A stretch of 35,776 nucleotides of DNA from Candidatus Woesearchaeota archaeon (GTDB lineage Archaea; Nanobdellota; Nanobdellia; Woesearchaeales; GW2011-AR9), in contig JAGVYN010000013.1 of the NCBI GenBank assembly GCA_018303265.1, positions 1 through 35,776 of the forward strand, read 5' to 3'. Of this stretch, positions 8,742 to 17,900 are shown in pieces. A model generated the notes under the pieces. That model had not been told where the DNA came from and ran no database searches. It saw only the letters and a list, made by a program, of their open reading frames with translations. Position 1 is the first letter of the stretch. The number at the start of each line of letters is the position of its first letter. Position numbers and translations under genes: made by a program.

Positions 8742-8830
8742 CGTAATAACACCTATCTTTTTTTCTCCGTTTTCTTGTTATCCAGACTTATTATTTCTTG
8801 TACCTATAAACTTTCTTGTATGTATAAACC

Positions 8831-9634
8831 TTACGATTCGAGGCCTTGCGTAAAACAACCGCCGGCTTCAGCAGAGGCTAAGTTGTCAATTCCGATGGTG
8901 CTCACGGGACGTTCTTTATCATTGTAAAAATCGGTTTTGCTGAAAGCCGTATTTACTCCCCATATAATTCCCACAGGCGGGAGCAGCACTCTCACTGCCG
9001 TCTTCCCTGCCGTCACCCATGTCGAATCCTCTTTCTGTCTGGACAAATAAGTTACGGCATAAATATGTCCTGGCTCAAGAGTGTCTAAGATGGCAAGGTA
9101 TCCCTGTCCGCCATAACCTTGGATATAATCGAGATATTTCATCCCTTTTATCTTATGATGATCCTTTTCAACCATGTAATCAAACATTTCTTTGGCAGGA
9201 ATCTCTCCTTCTTCGATCGCCCGCGGTAAGGTTACAGTATAGCAAAGGAAACATTTGTTTGGACCAAGACCAAATAAAGTAGAAACCCTTTCTGGAGGAA
9301 GTACATCATCGTGCCGGCCTTCATTAAACATTGCCCAGCAGTTGGCCATCAAATGTGCAAGCTGGCCTTTAATCTCTTCACGGCTCCCACCGATTTCCTC
9401 ATCCTGCGTCTGGCAGAGGAGCGGGCCCCAGTTTAAATCCGTAACCCCTATATCTATAGCCGTAGATGTGCGCGCAATAACACTGGCGCGGCAGATACTT
9501 TCCACAGATTTATCTTCCGCCTCGGCAAAAAAAACATATAAGAACCCTCCGACGGCTAAAAAGCTCATAACCACACCTATCAGTAAGACGAGTTGGCTGA
9601 CAATCCCTTTTTTATCTTTCTTTCGGAGGAACAT
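8831..9634 (-). CDS. Class III signal peptide (pilin-like) protein
   Basis: KKDKKG|IVSQLVLLIGVVMSFL; ICRASV...PLLC...MANCWAMFNEG...CFLCY. Confidence 0.75.
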   Translation of the reverse strand: MFLRKKDKKGIVSQLVLLIGVVMSFLAVGGFLYVFFAEAEDKSVESICRASVIARTSTAIDIGVTDLNWGPLLCQTQDEEIGGSREEIKGQLAHLMANCWAMFNEGRHDDVLPPERVSTLFGLGPNKCFLCYTVTLPRAIEEGEIPAKEMFDYMVEKDHHKIKGMKYLDYIQGYGGQGYLAILDTLEPGHIYAVTYLSRQKEDSTWVTAGKTAVRVLLPPVGIIWGVNTAFSKTDFYNDKERPVSTIGIDNLASAEAGGCFTQGLES

Positions 9635-9644
9635 GGTTTGTCTC

Positions 9645-10445
9645 TTAGGAACACCGTTGCAGTTTTCCTTCCGCTACTTGTCGGGGAATGGATGTTTCCC
9701 CTTGCGGATCTTCTCCTAAATAATCATCGTCAAGCCCATCAGCATCACTCCCACCATCGACCGTAGGAAAAAAACAGATGTGCTTGTTATCAGGGGTATA
9801 AAGATAACCGGCATCTTCAAAATCTTTAAAGCCGGTACCAAAATCAATCCTGTTCTCAGACAATCCTCCGTACCCTCCATCGTCATGCCTGATGGTAATC
9901 GAATTCACTGGGTTGTAATGCTCTTCTTCAATTATTTTTATTTTTTCTTCCCAACTTTTTTCATTAAGGAAACTTTGTTCAAAATTGCTCGTAACTTCTG
10001 AACTTCCGGCAATGACGCAGGGAGCCATGTTCTCAACAGAAAAATGAAGATTGGGATCGGTAACAAGCTGTTTTCCCCCTGCGCTGCCATACACGGAAAA
10101 CGACGTTGTGCCGGCATTGCCATCGTACTCCATAATTAATGATGTGCCGCCCTCTTCACCAAGCTCTGAAAAGCCCCCGTACGATGCAAAACAGCGGCCG
10201 TTGCTGGCCAGCATTGTCTTGATCGTCTCTTGCAATTTCAGAATCTCCAGCCGATGTGTTTCTGGAATGGAAGCTGCGCCAGCGGAAACTTCTTCCCCTT
10301 TTTCAGGAAGAAGGGATTTTAATGCCGACGTAAACGATTCTTTGATTTCTTCTGTAAGCCCTGTCTCAGGACCAAAGAGAAAAAATACCAAAACGCCGAT
10401 TAACAGCCCAACCAGAACTATTTCGATCAAGAATTTGATTTCCAT
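9645..10445 (-). CDS. Pilin-like membrane-anchored protein lacking the basic leader
   Basis: Starts MEIKFLIEIVLVGLLIGVLVFFLFG 1 nt after the upstream stop; the rest is a soluble domain with Cys residues. Confidence 0.6.
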   Translation of the reverse strand: MEIKFLIEIVLVGLLIGVLVFFLFGPETGLTEEIKESFTSALKSLLPEKGEEVSAGAASIPETHRLEILKLQETIKTMLASNGRCFASYGGFSELGEEGGTSLIMEYDGNAGTTSFSVYGSAGGKQLVTDPNLHFSVENMAPCVIAGSSEVTSNFEQSFLNEKSWEEKIKIIEEEHYNPVNSITIRHDDGGYGGLSENRIDFGTGFKDFEDAGYLYTPDNKHICFFPTVDGGSDADGLDDDYLGEDPQGETSIPRQVAEGKLQRCS

Positions 10446-10446
10446 A

Positions 10447-10650
10447 TTACAACCCTAAAATATTTTTTCCCAATTCGATCATCTTCTCGCGAAAAAAAAG
10501 AAAAATGAGCGCGGCAATAACCAGCAGAAAAATAGCTGCTAACACTATTTTACCTAGATCTTCCACGACAATAGCTTTTTTCTGCCATGTTTTTTTATTT
10601 TCCCCTATTTTGAGAGCTTTCTTCACCGCCATGCTTTTCATCTCTTTCAT
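10447..10650 (-). CDS. Small class III signal peptide protein
   Basis: QKKA|IVVEDLGKIVLAAIFLLVIAALIFLFF; mature part about 40 aa. Confidence 0.7.
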   Translation of the reverse strand: MKEMKSMAVKKALKIGENKKTWQKKAIVVEDLGKIVLAAIFLLVIAALIFLFFREKMIELGKNILGL

Positions 10651-10664
10651 CGGCTCCTACCCCT

Positions 10665-10784
10665 TTACGGTCCCCCGGCCGTGCCTGCTCTCCACAAGAT
10701 ATACCCCACAATGAGAGCGCCAAGAATGAGGAGGAGCAATACCACGAGCTGCTCGACTTGGACGAGACCTTTTTTTTTGTTCAT
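10665..10784 (-). CDS. 39-aa micro-pilin (not in the ORF track)
   Basis: Hand-translated as MNKKKG|LVQVEQLVVLLLLILGALIVGYILWRAGTAGGP*. Fills the gap between two pilin genes on the same strand; class III leader with E at +5. Confidence 0.75.
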   Translation of the reverse strand: MNKKKGLVQVEQLVVLLLLILGALIVGYILWRAGTAGGP

Positions 10785-10852
10785 AGTATTTTGTCCATAG
10801 CATCCTGCTTTTTCATTGCCGATGTTTCTCTTTTTGTAATGTCACTCTTAGT

Positions 10853-11116
10853 TTATTCTTCGGCAAAACAACAGATTTCTTTAGCTGCTCCTGCGCCTTG
10901 GTTTTCTTCCGCGGGACATTGAAACGTCAGTGATCTTCTGTATCCATCAGGACATTCCGGGTCACATGAGCCCCCTTTACTTTCGCAATCAAACAAGCCA
11001 AGTTCCGCTTTTCCTTTCTGTTCCCTGAACATAATCAATAATAGAATCATGACCAGCAAGGCCATCGCCATGCCAATAATAATCCACCACATGTTCGCAT
11101 CTGCTTTTCTGTTCAT
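10853..11116 (-). CDS. Small Cys-rich pilin-like protein
   Basis: MNRKA|DANMWWIIIGMAMALLVMILLL; CESKGGSC...C...C...CC. Confidence 0.8.
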   Translation of the reverse strand: MNRKADANMWWIIIGMAMALLVMILLLIMFREQKGKAELGLFDCESKGGSCDPECPDGYRRSLTFQCPAEENQGAGAAKEICCFAEE

Positions 11117-11133
11117 GTTCTCTTGTTCATCTT

Positions 11134-11463
11134 TCAGCTGAAACAGTATCTTTTCCCATTAAATATGTCAGTTGAACATTGCTCACCAGCATCACAGGCT
11201 TTGTCAATGTCGTTGCATTCTTTTGGTGAACCAAAACAACACGTCTGCTCTTTTGCACAATCGAATGCCGGTGATGAAAACGTCCTTGCGGGACAGGCAC
11301 TTTTTTCACCAACACAAACGCCGCCCTTGCTTTCGCATCCTGAAACGCCCACACCAAACTTCCCGGTTTTGCCGGTAAATAATACCATCAGCACGATCAA
11401 GACAATTAAAGCGAGGACTGCACCGATAATGATCCACCACATGTTAGCGTCAGCTTTTTTCAT
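11134..11463 (-). CDS. Small Cys-rich pilin-like protein (paralog of 10853-11116)
   Basis: MKKA|DANMWWIIIGAVLALIVLIVL (ATG 11463); CESKGGVC...C...C...CC plus an extra 4-Cys module. Confidence 0.8.
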   Translation of the reverse strand: MKKADANMWWIIIGAVLALIVLIVLMVLFTGKTGKFGVGVSGCESKGGVCVGEKSACPARTFSSPAFDCAKEQTCCFGSPKECNDIDKACDAGEQCSTDIFNGKRYCFS

Positions 11464-11504
11464 GATTTTATAGACCACCGGATCCCTTTAAACACAGAGT
11501 GCAT

Positions 11505-11924
11505 TTAACTCCAGTCGCATAATCCATCAGCTTCACAGGAAGTTTTATCTACAAAGTTATTGCATCTTCCTATTTCATCCTGCAATTTATTCCTTGCTTC
11601 TGCTTTGGCCGTATTTACTTCCTGGATGTTTTCTAACTTAGAGGCTGCACTGTACTCAGAACGAAAGGTACTTTCAACACTTGCACCTGGATGGCATGGC
11701 CCATACGCAACTTTTATTGTTGAAAGTTCTGTTTTTGCTTCGCCTGTACCTTCTTGAAAGATAGCAATTTTTCCTGTAAAAATCAATGCTAAAACAACTA
11801 AGATAATCAATGCCAAAACAGCAACAATAATAACATTTAAAGAAAAACCTTGTCCTTTATTGTTGTGGTTAAAAAAAAGACCTAAAAATCGATTAGAGAT
11901 AGCTTTACTATTCTTTTTGTTCAT
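11505..11924 (-). CDS. Class III signal peptide (pilin-like) protein
   Basis: NNKG|QGFSLNVIIVAVLALIILVVLALIFTG; C-terminal C..C..C; GAGGTG SD. Confidence 0.8.
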   Translation of the reverse strand: MNKKNSKAISNRFLGLFFNHNNKGQGFSLNVIIVAVLALIILVVLALIFTGKIAIFQEGTGEAKTELSTIKVAYGPCHPGASVESTFRSEYSAASKLENIQEVNTAKAEARNKLQDEIGRCNNFVDKTSCEADGLCDWS

Positions 11925-12024
11925 GTTCTACACCTCGTTTTTATCCAGACTATTATAATAGGCTGTTTATAATCTTATAACCTTATTTAAAAAGAAATTC
12001 CATATATAAATGTTACGCGGAAAT

Positions 12025-12555
12025 TCAGGAACAAACATAAAGCCAGCTATACACCACGCCACTGTCTGTTTGCAGAGGGAAACGGTCAGAACTGGATCTC
12101 TTGCCCGTACAGCCGCCATTCTTTTTTATCGGGGGAATAATTTCAATCGGTTTTTCTCCCAGAAGAGGAACCAGCTCGGAATGGAATTCATACTTCTGGT
12201 TCCAGTTTCCCAGTGTTCTTTCTAACATTTCAGGGAGAAACTCGCTCAGAAAATCACAGCTGTGCCTGCCCCGGCAGGTATATAATGACGTCGTATCTTT
12301 GTTTATCGCGCAATCTTCAAGGAGATCTTTCTCAATTTCTGGAAAGGCTCCCCTGGCAACCTCTTCCACGCAGTTTGGCTCATCAACCGTCATTTTCATC
12401 AGCGCCCCCATCGTGCTGTAGGCAAGCCTTTCGGGAGTGAACGTCCTTCCTGTTGGTTCTGCGCGCAAGGCAAAGGTGACCATAAAGATCATCCCCAGAG
12501 TAAGTAAAATCACAATCACGACTAATCCCATGATCTCCATCTGCGCGCGTTTCAT
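12025..12555 (-). CDS. Class III signal peptide (pilin-like) protein
   Basis: MKRA|QMEIMGLVVIVILLTLG. Confidence 0.8.
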   Translation of the reverse strand: MKRAQMEIMGLVVIVILLTLGMIFMVTFALRAEPTGRTFTPERLAYSTMGALMKMTVDEPNCVEEVARGAFPEIEKDLLEDCAINKDTTSLYTCRGRHSCDFLSEFLPEMLERTLGNWNQKYEFHSELVPLLGEKPIEIIPPIKKNGGCTGKRSSSDRFPLQTDSGVVYSWLYVCS

Positions 12556-13079
12556 GAATACACCGTCACATTGAGATACCCTAGATCATACACTGATCTT
12601 CCTTCAATGGCGAGATCATCCCGTAACGTGATCACGGTAAACGTCGACAGTTTTGTTGTCCAGTCAGGAACGACCGTGCCATTTTCCAACGTTTTTACTT
12701 TTTTCTTATCGTAAATAGTCCATGTTTGATTTTCAGGATAGGTTTGATGGATCATAATGGTAGAAAACGAAAAAAGATCAAAGTAATAATCATCGAGATG
12801 TTTCAAAAATGTATTATTTGCATGGTGCAATTTCACCAAATCCACGCAGTTATCTTCCGACTCTGCTTCACCTTTGCTGCATTCCAATTCCGGAAGAAAG
12901 AGCGTGTAGAGCACAGTTTCTATCGCCCGATTCGCCAGAATTTCCTGTTGTTTTTCCTTAAAAGCGACCTGGGAGTATTTATAGTAAAAAACAATACCTA
13001 AACTCACGAGGATAAAAAATATAAAAAGGACGGCGATCGTCTCCGTCATGTGAATCTGCGCTCTTTTTTTTCTATTCAT
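12552..13079 (-). CDS. Class III signal peptide (pilin-like) protein
   Basis: RKKRA|QIHMTETIAVLFIFFIL; LPELECS...CVD motif. Confidence 0.8.
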   Translation of the reverse strand: MNRKKRAQIHMTETIAVLFIFFILVSLGIVFYYKYSQVAFKEKQQEILANRAIETVLYTLFLPELECSKGEAESEDNCVDLVKLHHANNTFLKHLDDYYFDLFSFSTIMIHQTYPENQTWTIYDKKKVKTLENGTVVPDWTTKLSTFTVITLRDDLAIEGRSVYDLGYLNVTVYS

Positions 13080-13153
13080 TTTTAGCTGCTATTCTTGTTT
13101 CTCTTTTATTTTTCATTAGTTCTTATTTATCGTTTTTAAATCATTTTAAAATA

Positions 13154-14329
13154 TTAATACAGAGTCGCGCAATTGCGCGCCAACTCCTGGTTTAATTCCT
13201 GGATCGTCAATGCCAGCGGCCGTAACTCAGTGCAGGAAGCTGTCGCTTCAGGATAAGTCGCAGCACAGGCGGCTATTTTGTTCTGAAACAGTTCCAACCT
13301 TTCTACCAAGTTAGTTGGAAACAATTTAATATTCCCTATACAATCAGGATAATTTACCTGGCGCAATGGAGTATCATAATAGGCTTCCATTTCCTGCAGT
13401 TTCTCAAGATAGACCTCACTTACGTACTGCAATCGCCGGAAGGCTTTCTTCATATTACAAGTATATAACTCTTCATTTTCTGCAAAGATGGCCGCATATT
13501 TTGCCGCATCGCGTTCCCCGCCCAAGGAAATGAGATAAATGGGTTGTTTGTTACGTTTCATCCAGGTATCTCCCGCTTTCTGGAAAAAATCAGCAGTATT
13601 TCCAGCGGTAAACGAAACGGCCGTTACTTGCCCGTCTTCCAACGACCGTAACTTTTGCGGAACAGAATCCCCGGCTTTTATCGTATTCCCGCCAACGTCC
13701 ACAATGCGGATATGGAAATACTTCTCTGGATCAATAACATCAACAGAAGTCACAAAATCCCGCTTGATTTCAAAAAGAACTTCTTTTTTGCCTGACAGTT
13801 CTTTTTCCGTCTGGGAAAAGAATTCGTTGACAAAGTTCTCATCCTGGCCGACAAAAAAATATTTGGTCGTTGAGGATGTAACAAACAAAAAATCGATTGT
13901 TTTATATGGGAGTTTATACGGTATGCTCCACAGATTAAGGCGCGGCGCTTTAATTCTGGTTGGTGAAAAAACCGGTTGAACCACATCTTCTACCTGCGCA
14001 GAAGTCCCTTCAAGCCCGTATTTACTGACACCTTCCTCGCAAGAAAAATAGAGCGTATAATCTTTCAGTCCGCTGATATCAATCGAGTTTTTGGTCTTCT
14101 CAGAAATGCTCGCGCCTTTAATGATCGATTCTAAAATTCGAACAACATCAAAAGAAAGCTGCGTCTCCGATCGGGCCTGCTGCTTCACGACAATCCCCAC
14201 GAAAAACAGTAAAATCAACCCGCCGGCGATCAGGATATAAAGCCAGTTAAATGTAATTTCAGTCTGTCCTCTTTTTTGCCACTTTTTTTGGCCTGCTTTT
14301 GTTCCGTTTTTGCCCCATTGTTGTCCCAT
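13154..14329 (-). CDS. Large class III signal peptide protein
   Basis: KRG|QTEITFNWLYILIAGGLILLFFV; C-terminal AAIFA...YTCNMKKAF helical region. Confidence 0.8.
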   Translation of the reverse strand: MGQQWGKNGTKAGQKKWQKRGQTEITFNWLYILIAGGLILLFFVGIVVKQQARSETQLSFDVVRILESIIKGASISEKTKNSIDISGLKDYTLYFSCEEGVSKYGLEGTSAQVEDVVQPVFSPTRIKAPRLNLWSIPYKLPYKTIDFLFVTSSTTKYFFVGQDENFVNEFFSQTEKELSGKKEVLFEIKRDFVTSVDVIDPEKYFHIRIVDVGGNTIKAGDSVPQKLRSLEDGQVTAVSFTAGNTADFFQKAGDTWMKRNKQPIYLISLGGERDAAKYAAIFAENEELYTCNMKKAFRRLQYVSEVYLEKLQEMEAYYDTPLRQVNYPDCIGNIKLFPTNLVERLELFQNKIAACAATYPEATASCTELRPLALTIQELNQELARNCATLY

Positions 14330-14372
14330 TTTTTTAGTTATAATACGATACCAAAAAGGTAAGGTAAATAGG

Positions 14373-14939
14373 TTATGATAGATATGCCGAGAGTTCCGTA
14401 TGGTCGCCCTTTCCCTCTAACTGCAATGAGAATGATCCTTTCACAATCGGCAGGCAGAGGTAATTTTTCCCTTCTGAAGAAGCGATACTGATCTTATGGA
14501 TTTTTATTTCTGGTATCCCTTCATGGGAAGGCTGCAAGAAAACATTCTTACTGACGCTGGCATATTCTTGGGAATCTTTCCAGACGCTGCAGGCGATGGG
14601 ATCTTCCTGGCAGAGAGCAGCATCATACGGCGCATCCATGTCCACAAAGCAAACTTGTGTGTAGCGGGCAGGAGTCTTGAATTTCTCGATGTTCACCGAT
14701 CCAAACTGTGTATAGATTCTCTCCACGGAACGTTCAATATCTGTTTTGAATTGGACCAATTCGATGGTCTCGGCTCGTTGCAAAAATTGAATAATAGCTT
14801 TGTAGCCAAAGATCATGATCAGAGCAAACGTCAGGGCAACAACAATAAAAATAAACACCTGGCCGATCCCCAGCCCTTTTTTCCCTGGGATTATTCCCGG
14901 TGGTGTTTTTGGTTTTATTCTGGATTTCATGATCCCCAT
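14373..14939 (-). CDS. Class III signal peptide (pilin-like) protein
   Basis: KKG|LGIGQVFIFIVVALTFALIMIFGYKAI; QVCFVD...KNVFL...YLCL...LEGKG. Confidence 0.8.
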   Translation of the reverse strand: MGIMKSRIKPKTPPGIIPGKKGLGIGQVFIFIVVALTFALIMIFGYKAIIQFLQRAETIELVQFKTDIERSVERIYTQFGSVNIEKFKTPARYTQVCFVDMDAPYDAALCQEDPIACSVWKDSQEYASVSKNVFLQPSHEGIPEIKIHKISIASSEGKNYLCLPIVKGSFSLQLEGKGDHTELSAYLS

Positions 14940-14945
14940 CTCCCT

Positions 14946-17900
14946 CTAGGAGGCTCCTTCCTTCCGCTTCTTGCTTATTTCTTTCAATTTGGTGAAAATA
15001 TCTTTTGCTTCGTCTTTGCTGACCACTTCTTCAATCTTCTTTTGTTCCGTCTGCCTGGCAATATTTTCCAGCTTGGAAAAAATATCTTTTTCTTCAGGGC
15101 GCAGGCCGGGACTTATTTTCGCTTTGTCCTGCTGATAACGATGCGCTAATTCATCCAGCCGCGGCAAGTGGGGCGCTTTTTTCTGCAAGATTTCCGCAAC
15201 ATGGGGGATCTGTGCTGATTGTTTGCCAAATGCAGCAAAAAGTTCCTGGCGCTTCTTCTCTTTCCGCTTCTCTTCACGCATTTTTTGCAATTGGGTGAAT
15301 TGATCTCTCCATGTTTTCTTGACGAGCGATGGCTGGCCTGGAACCTGAACACCAGGAAGACCACGAACCACGGGACGTGCAGGGACCTTTGCCTGCGGCG
15401 AATACAAGTAATAATAAATTAAGTATCCACTTCCGCCCAGAAGCAGAAGAAGCCCCAGAAGTAAAAAGACCCAGGCGAGAAGCATCGTTAAGGTGAGGGC
15501 TTGTTCTTCAGTAACAAGCGGTACTTCAAGGGTTGGTGCATCGGCCAAGCAAGGATTTAAACCTGAACTATATTCTCGCAGATTTGTATATCCGTCCCCA
15601 TCATAGTCTTCCTCCGCATCAGATTTTCCATTGCCATCAGTGTCTTTGTTCTGAGAATCTAATTGGCAATTAAGAGCATTAAAATCGCCTTCCCATACAT
15701 TGGGAAGCCCATCGCCATCATTGTCCAAGAATTTCTGATTCGCTGGAACCTGGCCATCCGCACAGCCGATCTCGTTGGCAATTTTGCCTGCATCAGTAGA
15801 GGGGCATTCATCACAGGAATCGGAAATATGGTCCCCATCAGCATCATTAAACGGAGTTTCTTTCACACCGCTCCAGTTCTTCCCGGCATTATCAACGACA
15901 TAATAACACACTGCCCCATCATTGGTAAACGATATTTTTTGGCCGTTATACTCCTGAGCAGGCAAACACAATTCTGCCGAAGAATGAGTTCCATACTTCC
16001 ACTCATTGCAACCAACACTGCTATCACAGCTCATTTGAAGAGAAACATCCGTACAGGTTTCTGCATCAGTAGTAAAAGTGACAACAGGAACTTCATCAAC
16101 TGCGCAGCGGGAATCATTTTTAGAAATGATCGTAAACCCGTCGCTGTCTTTAAACACCCCGACATTTCCTGCTTCATCTTGCGCCAAAACTTTTACTTTA
16201 TACGTCCTGCCGGCATCTAAATCGCCAACAAAAATAGTAAAAGAAGAGTTCTTGCCAATGGTTCCATTACGCACAAGAATTTCCCCAGCTTCATCGCCAA
16301 CAAAAATAGGAGATGAAGAGTTCTTGCCAGAGATGTTTAAGCTGGTTGATAATGATGATGTAAAGGGCGATGTTGTGGGTGATGTTGTAAAAGGCGAGAT
16401 CGTAAACGCCGGCGCAGCGCTGCTGAGAGTGCTGCCAATATCATATAATTCATAATAATAACCAGCAATGCTTTTTTCTTGGGAATTGGCAATAATTTTA
16501 AGGTTATTATTGCCGCAGGTAAAAGTGCCGTCATCAACAGCAGTGATAACTGGAGGGGTAAGATCAACAGTAAAAACTATTTGTTCAGAAAGAGGCTCGG
16601 GCTGATCGCCAACCTGGCACTTGACGGGAATCACATGTTCTTTCTCTTCTAAGACGGGAAGCGGAGCGGTGTGAACCGTAGTTCCAGCGCCTGTCGCAAA
16701 AGGCAGGTATGATGGCGTAGACGATTTGTTGGAAAACGATTTATTATTAGAGAACGATTTATCGGAAAATTTGTATTCACAAACAGCATTTTTGGACGTT
16801 TGCACGGACAACGTCACATTCTTTGTTCCAATGAAACCGCTGGGGTTAAGGGAACGAATAAACCCAGCTTTGGTGTAATCAACGTGAACTTGTATCTCTT
16901 CAACTTCTGAAAGAACACCAGCGCCATTTTTACACTGAACATTCAACAGATAATCTTTTATCCCTGTATCACCAACGTAATTTAACGTGTAGGTATCTTT
17001 ATGTTCTTTATTCAAGATTTTTTCATCCGCGCCCGGGAAGGAAAAAGACATCGTTTCATACGTGGTATGGCCGGTATCACTGTAACGGCAGATGGTTTTA
17101 TCATCCGTTGTAACAAACAAAGTTGTGGTAACTCCTTCAAATACTTCGTCCGGTTCGGCATGGGCATCGGTAACTTTTGGGGATGTGGGGTCATATTCTA
17201 AAATAATCTTTTGTTCCGGACCTAGCTCGTCTTCATTATTCTTGCATTGGACGTAGACGGTTTTGATTTCATCCTCTTTAAATGAAGTGAAAACGCTTTC
17301 CGGAAAGTTTTGGAATAAATACTTTTTTTCTTCATTCGCAGTTCGGGTACGATGCGGAGGAGTTGCGTCGTAGTTAAAACCGGGAACAAAATCAAACCGG
17401 CATTCTTTTGTGGGAATTTTGGTGAAAAACTGCCAGTCAAAGACGGGCTTGTCGCTGACGCCCCACAACGTATTCTGATAATAATGCTGCGGTGGTTTCT
17501 CCATAACGAGACCGTATCCATCAATGAGAACCTTGCCGCAAACAACCTGCAAGGGAAGATTACCGGCGCTGTCGGTGGAATAATAACACAAACGGGTAGA
17601 ATTTGTCAGGAGAACCGTCTCTACATATTGCGTATATCTCTGAGGGATGAAAAATTCACACTCTGCGCTGTTTTCTTCCAAGCAATAATACGTCTCCTCG
17701 CACCCGAAGCCGGTTTCTTCCGCGCATTCGAAATCCACAGCGACGGTATTGACAAAGAATTCCTCCCATTCCAAACTTGTCGGCTGTTCTTCCCGTTGTT
17801 CTTCGCGCAGAAGGACTTGAGTTTTCGGAGCAGTGCGGTCAACAAAAAAGTGAAAATAATCAGGGTTGTAGGTTTCTCCTGTAAGTAACTCTTTACAAAG

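Noticed and set aside
4086-14939. Archaellum (fla/arl) operon
   Set aside because: No archaellin N-terminal motif (GIGTLIVFIAM-like) and no FlaH/I/J.
14496-15149. 217-aa plus-strand ORF (and similar ones at 817-1362, 8260-8853, 15663-16220, 17352-17888, 25416-26045)
   Set aside because: Antisense shadows of well-supported minus-strand genes; no recognisable motifs.
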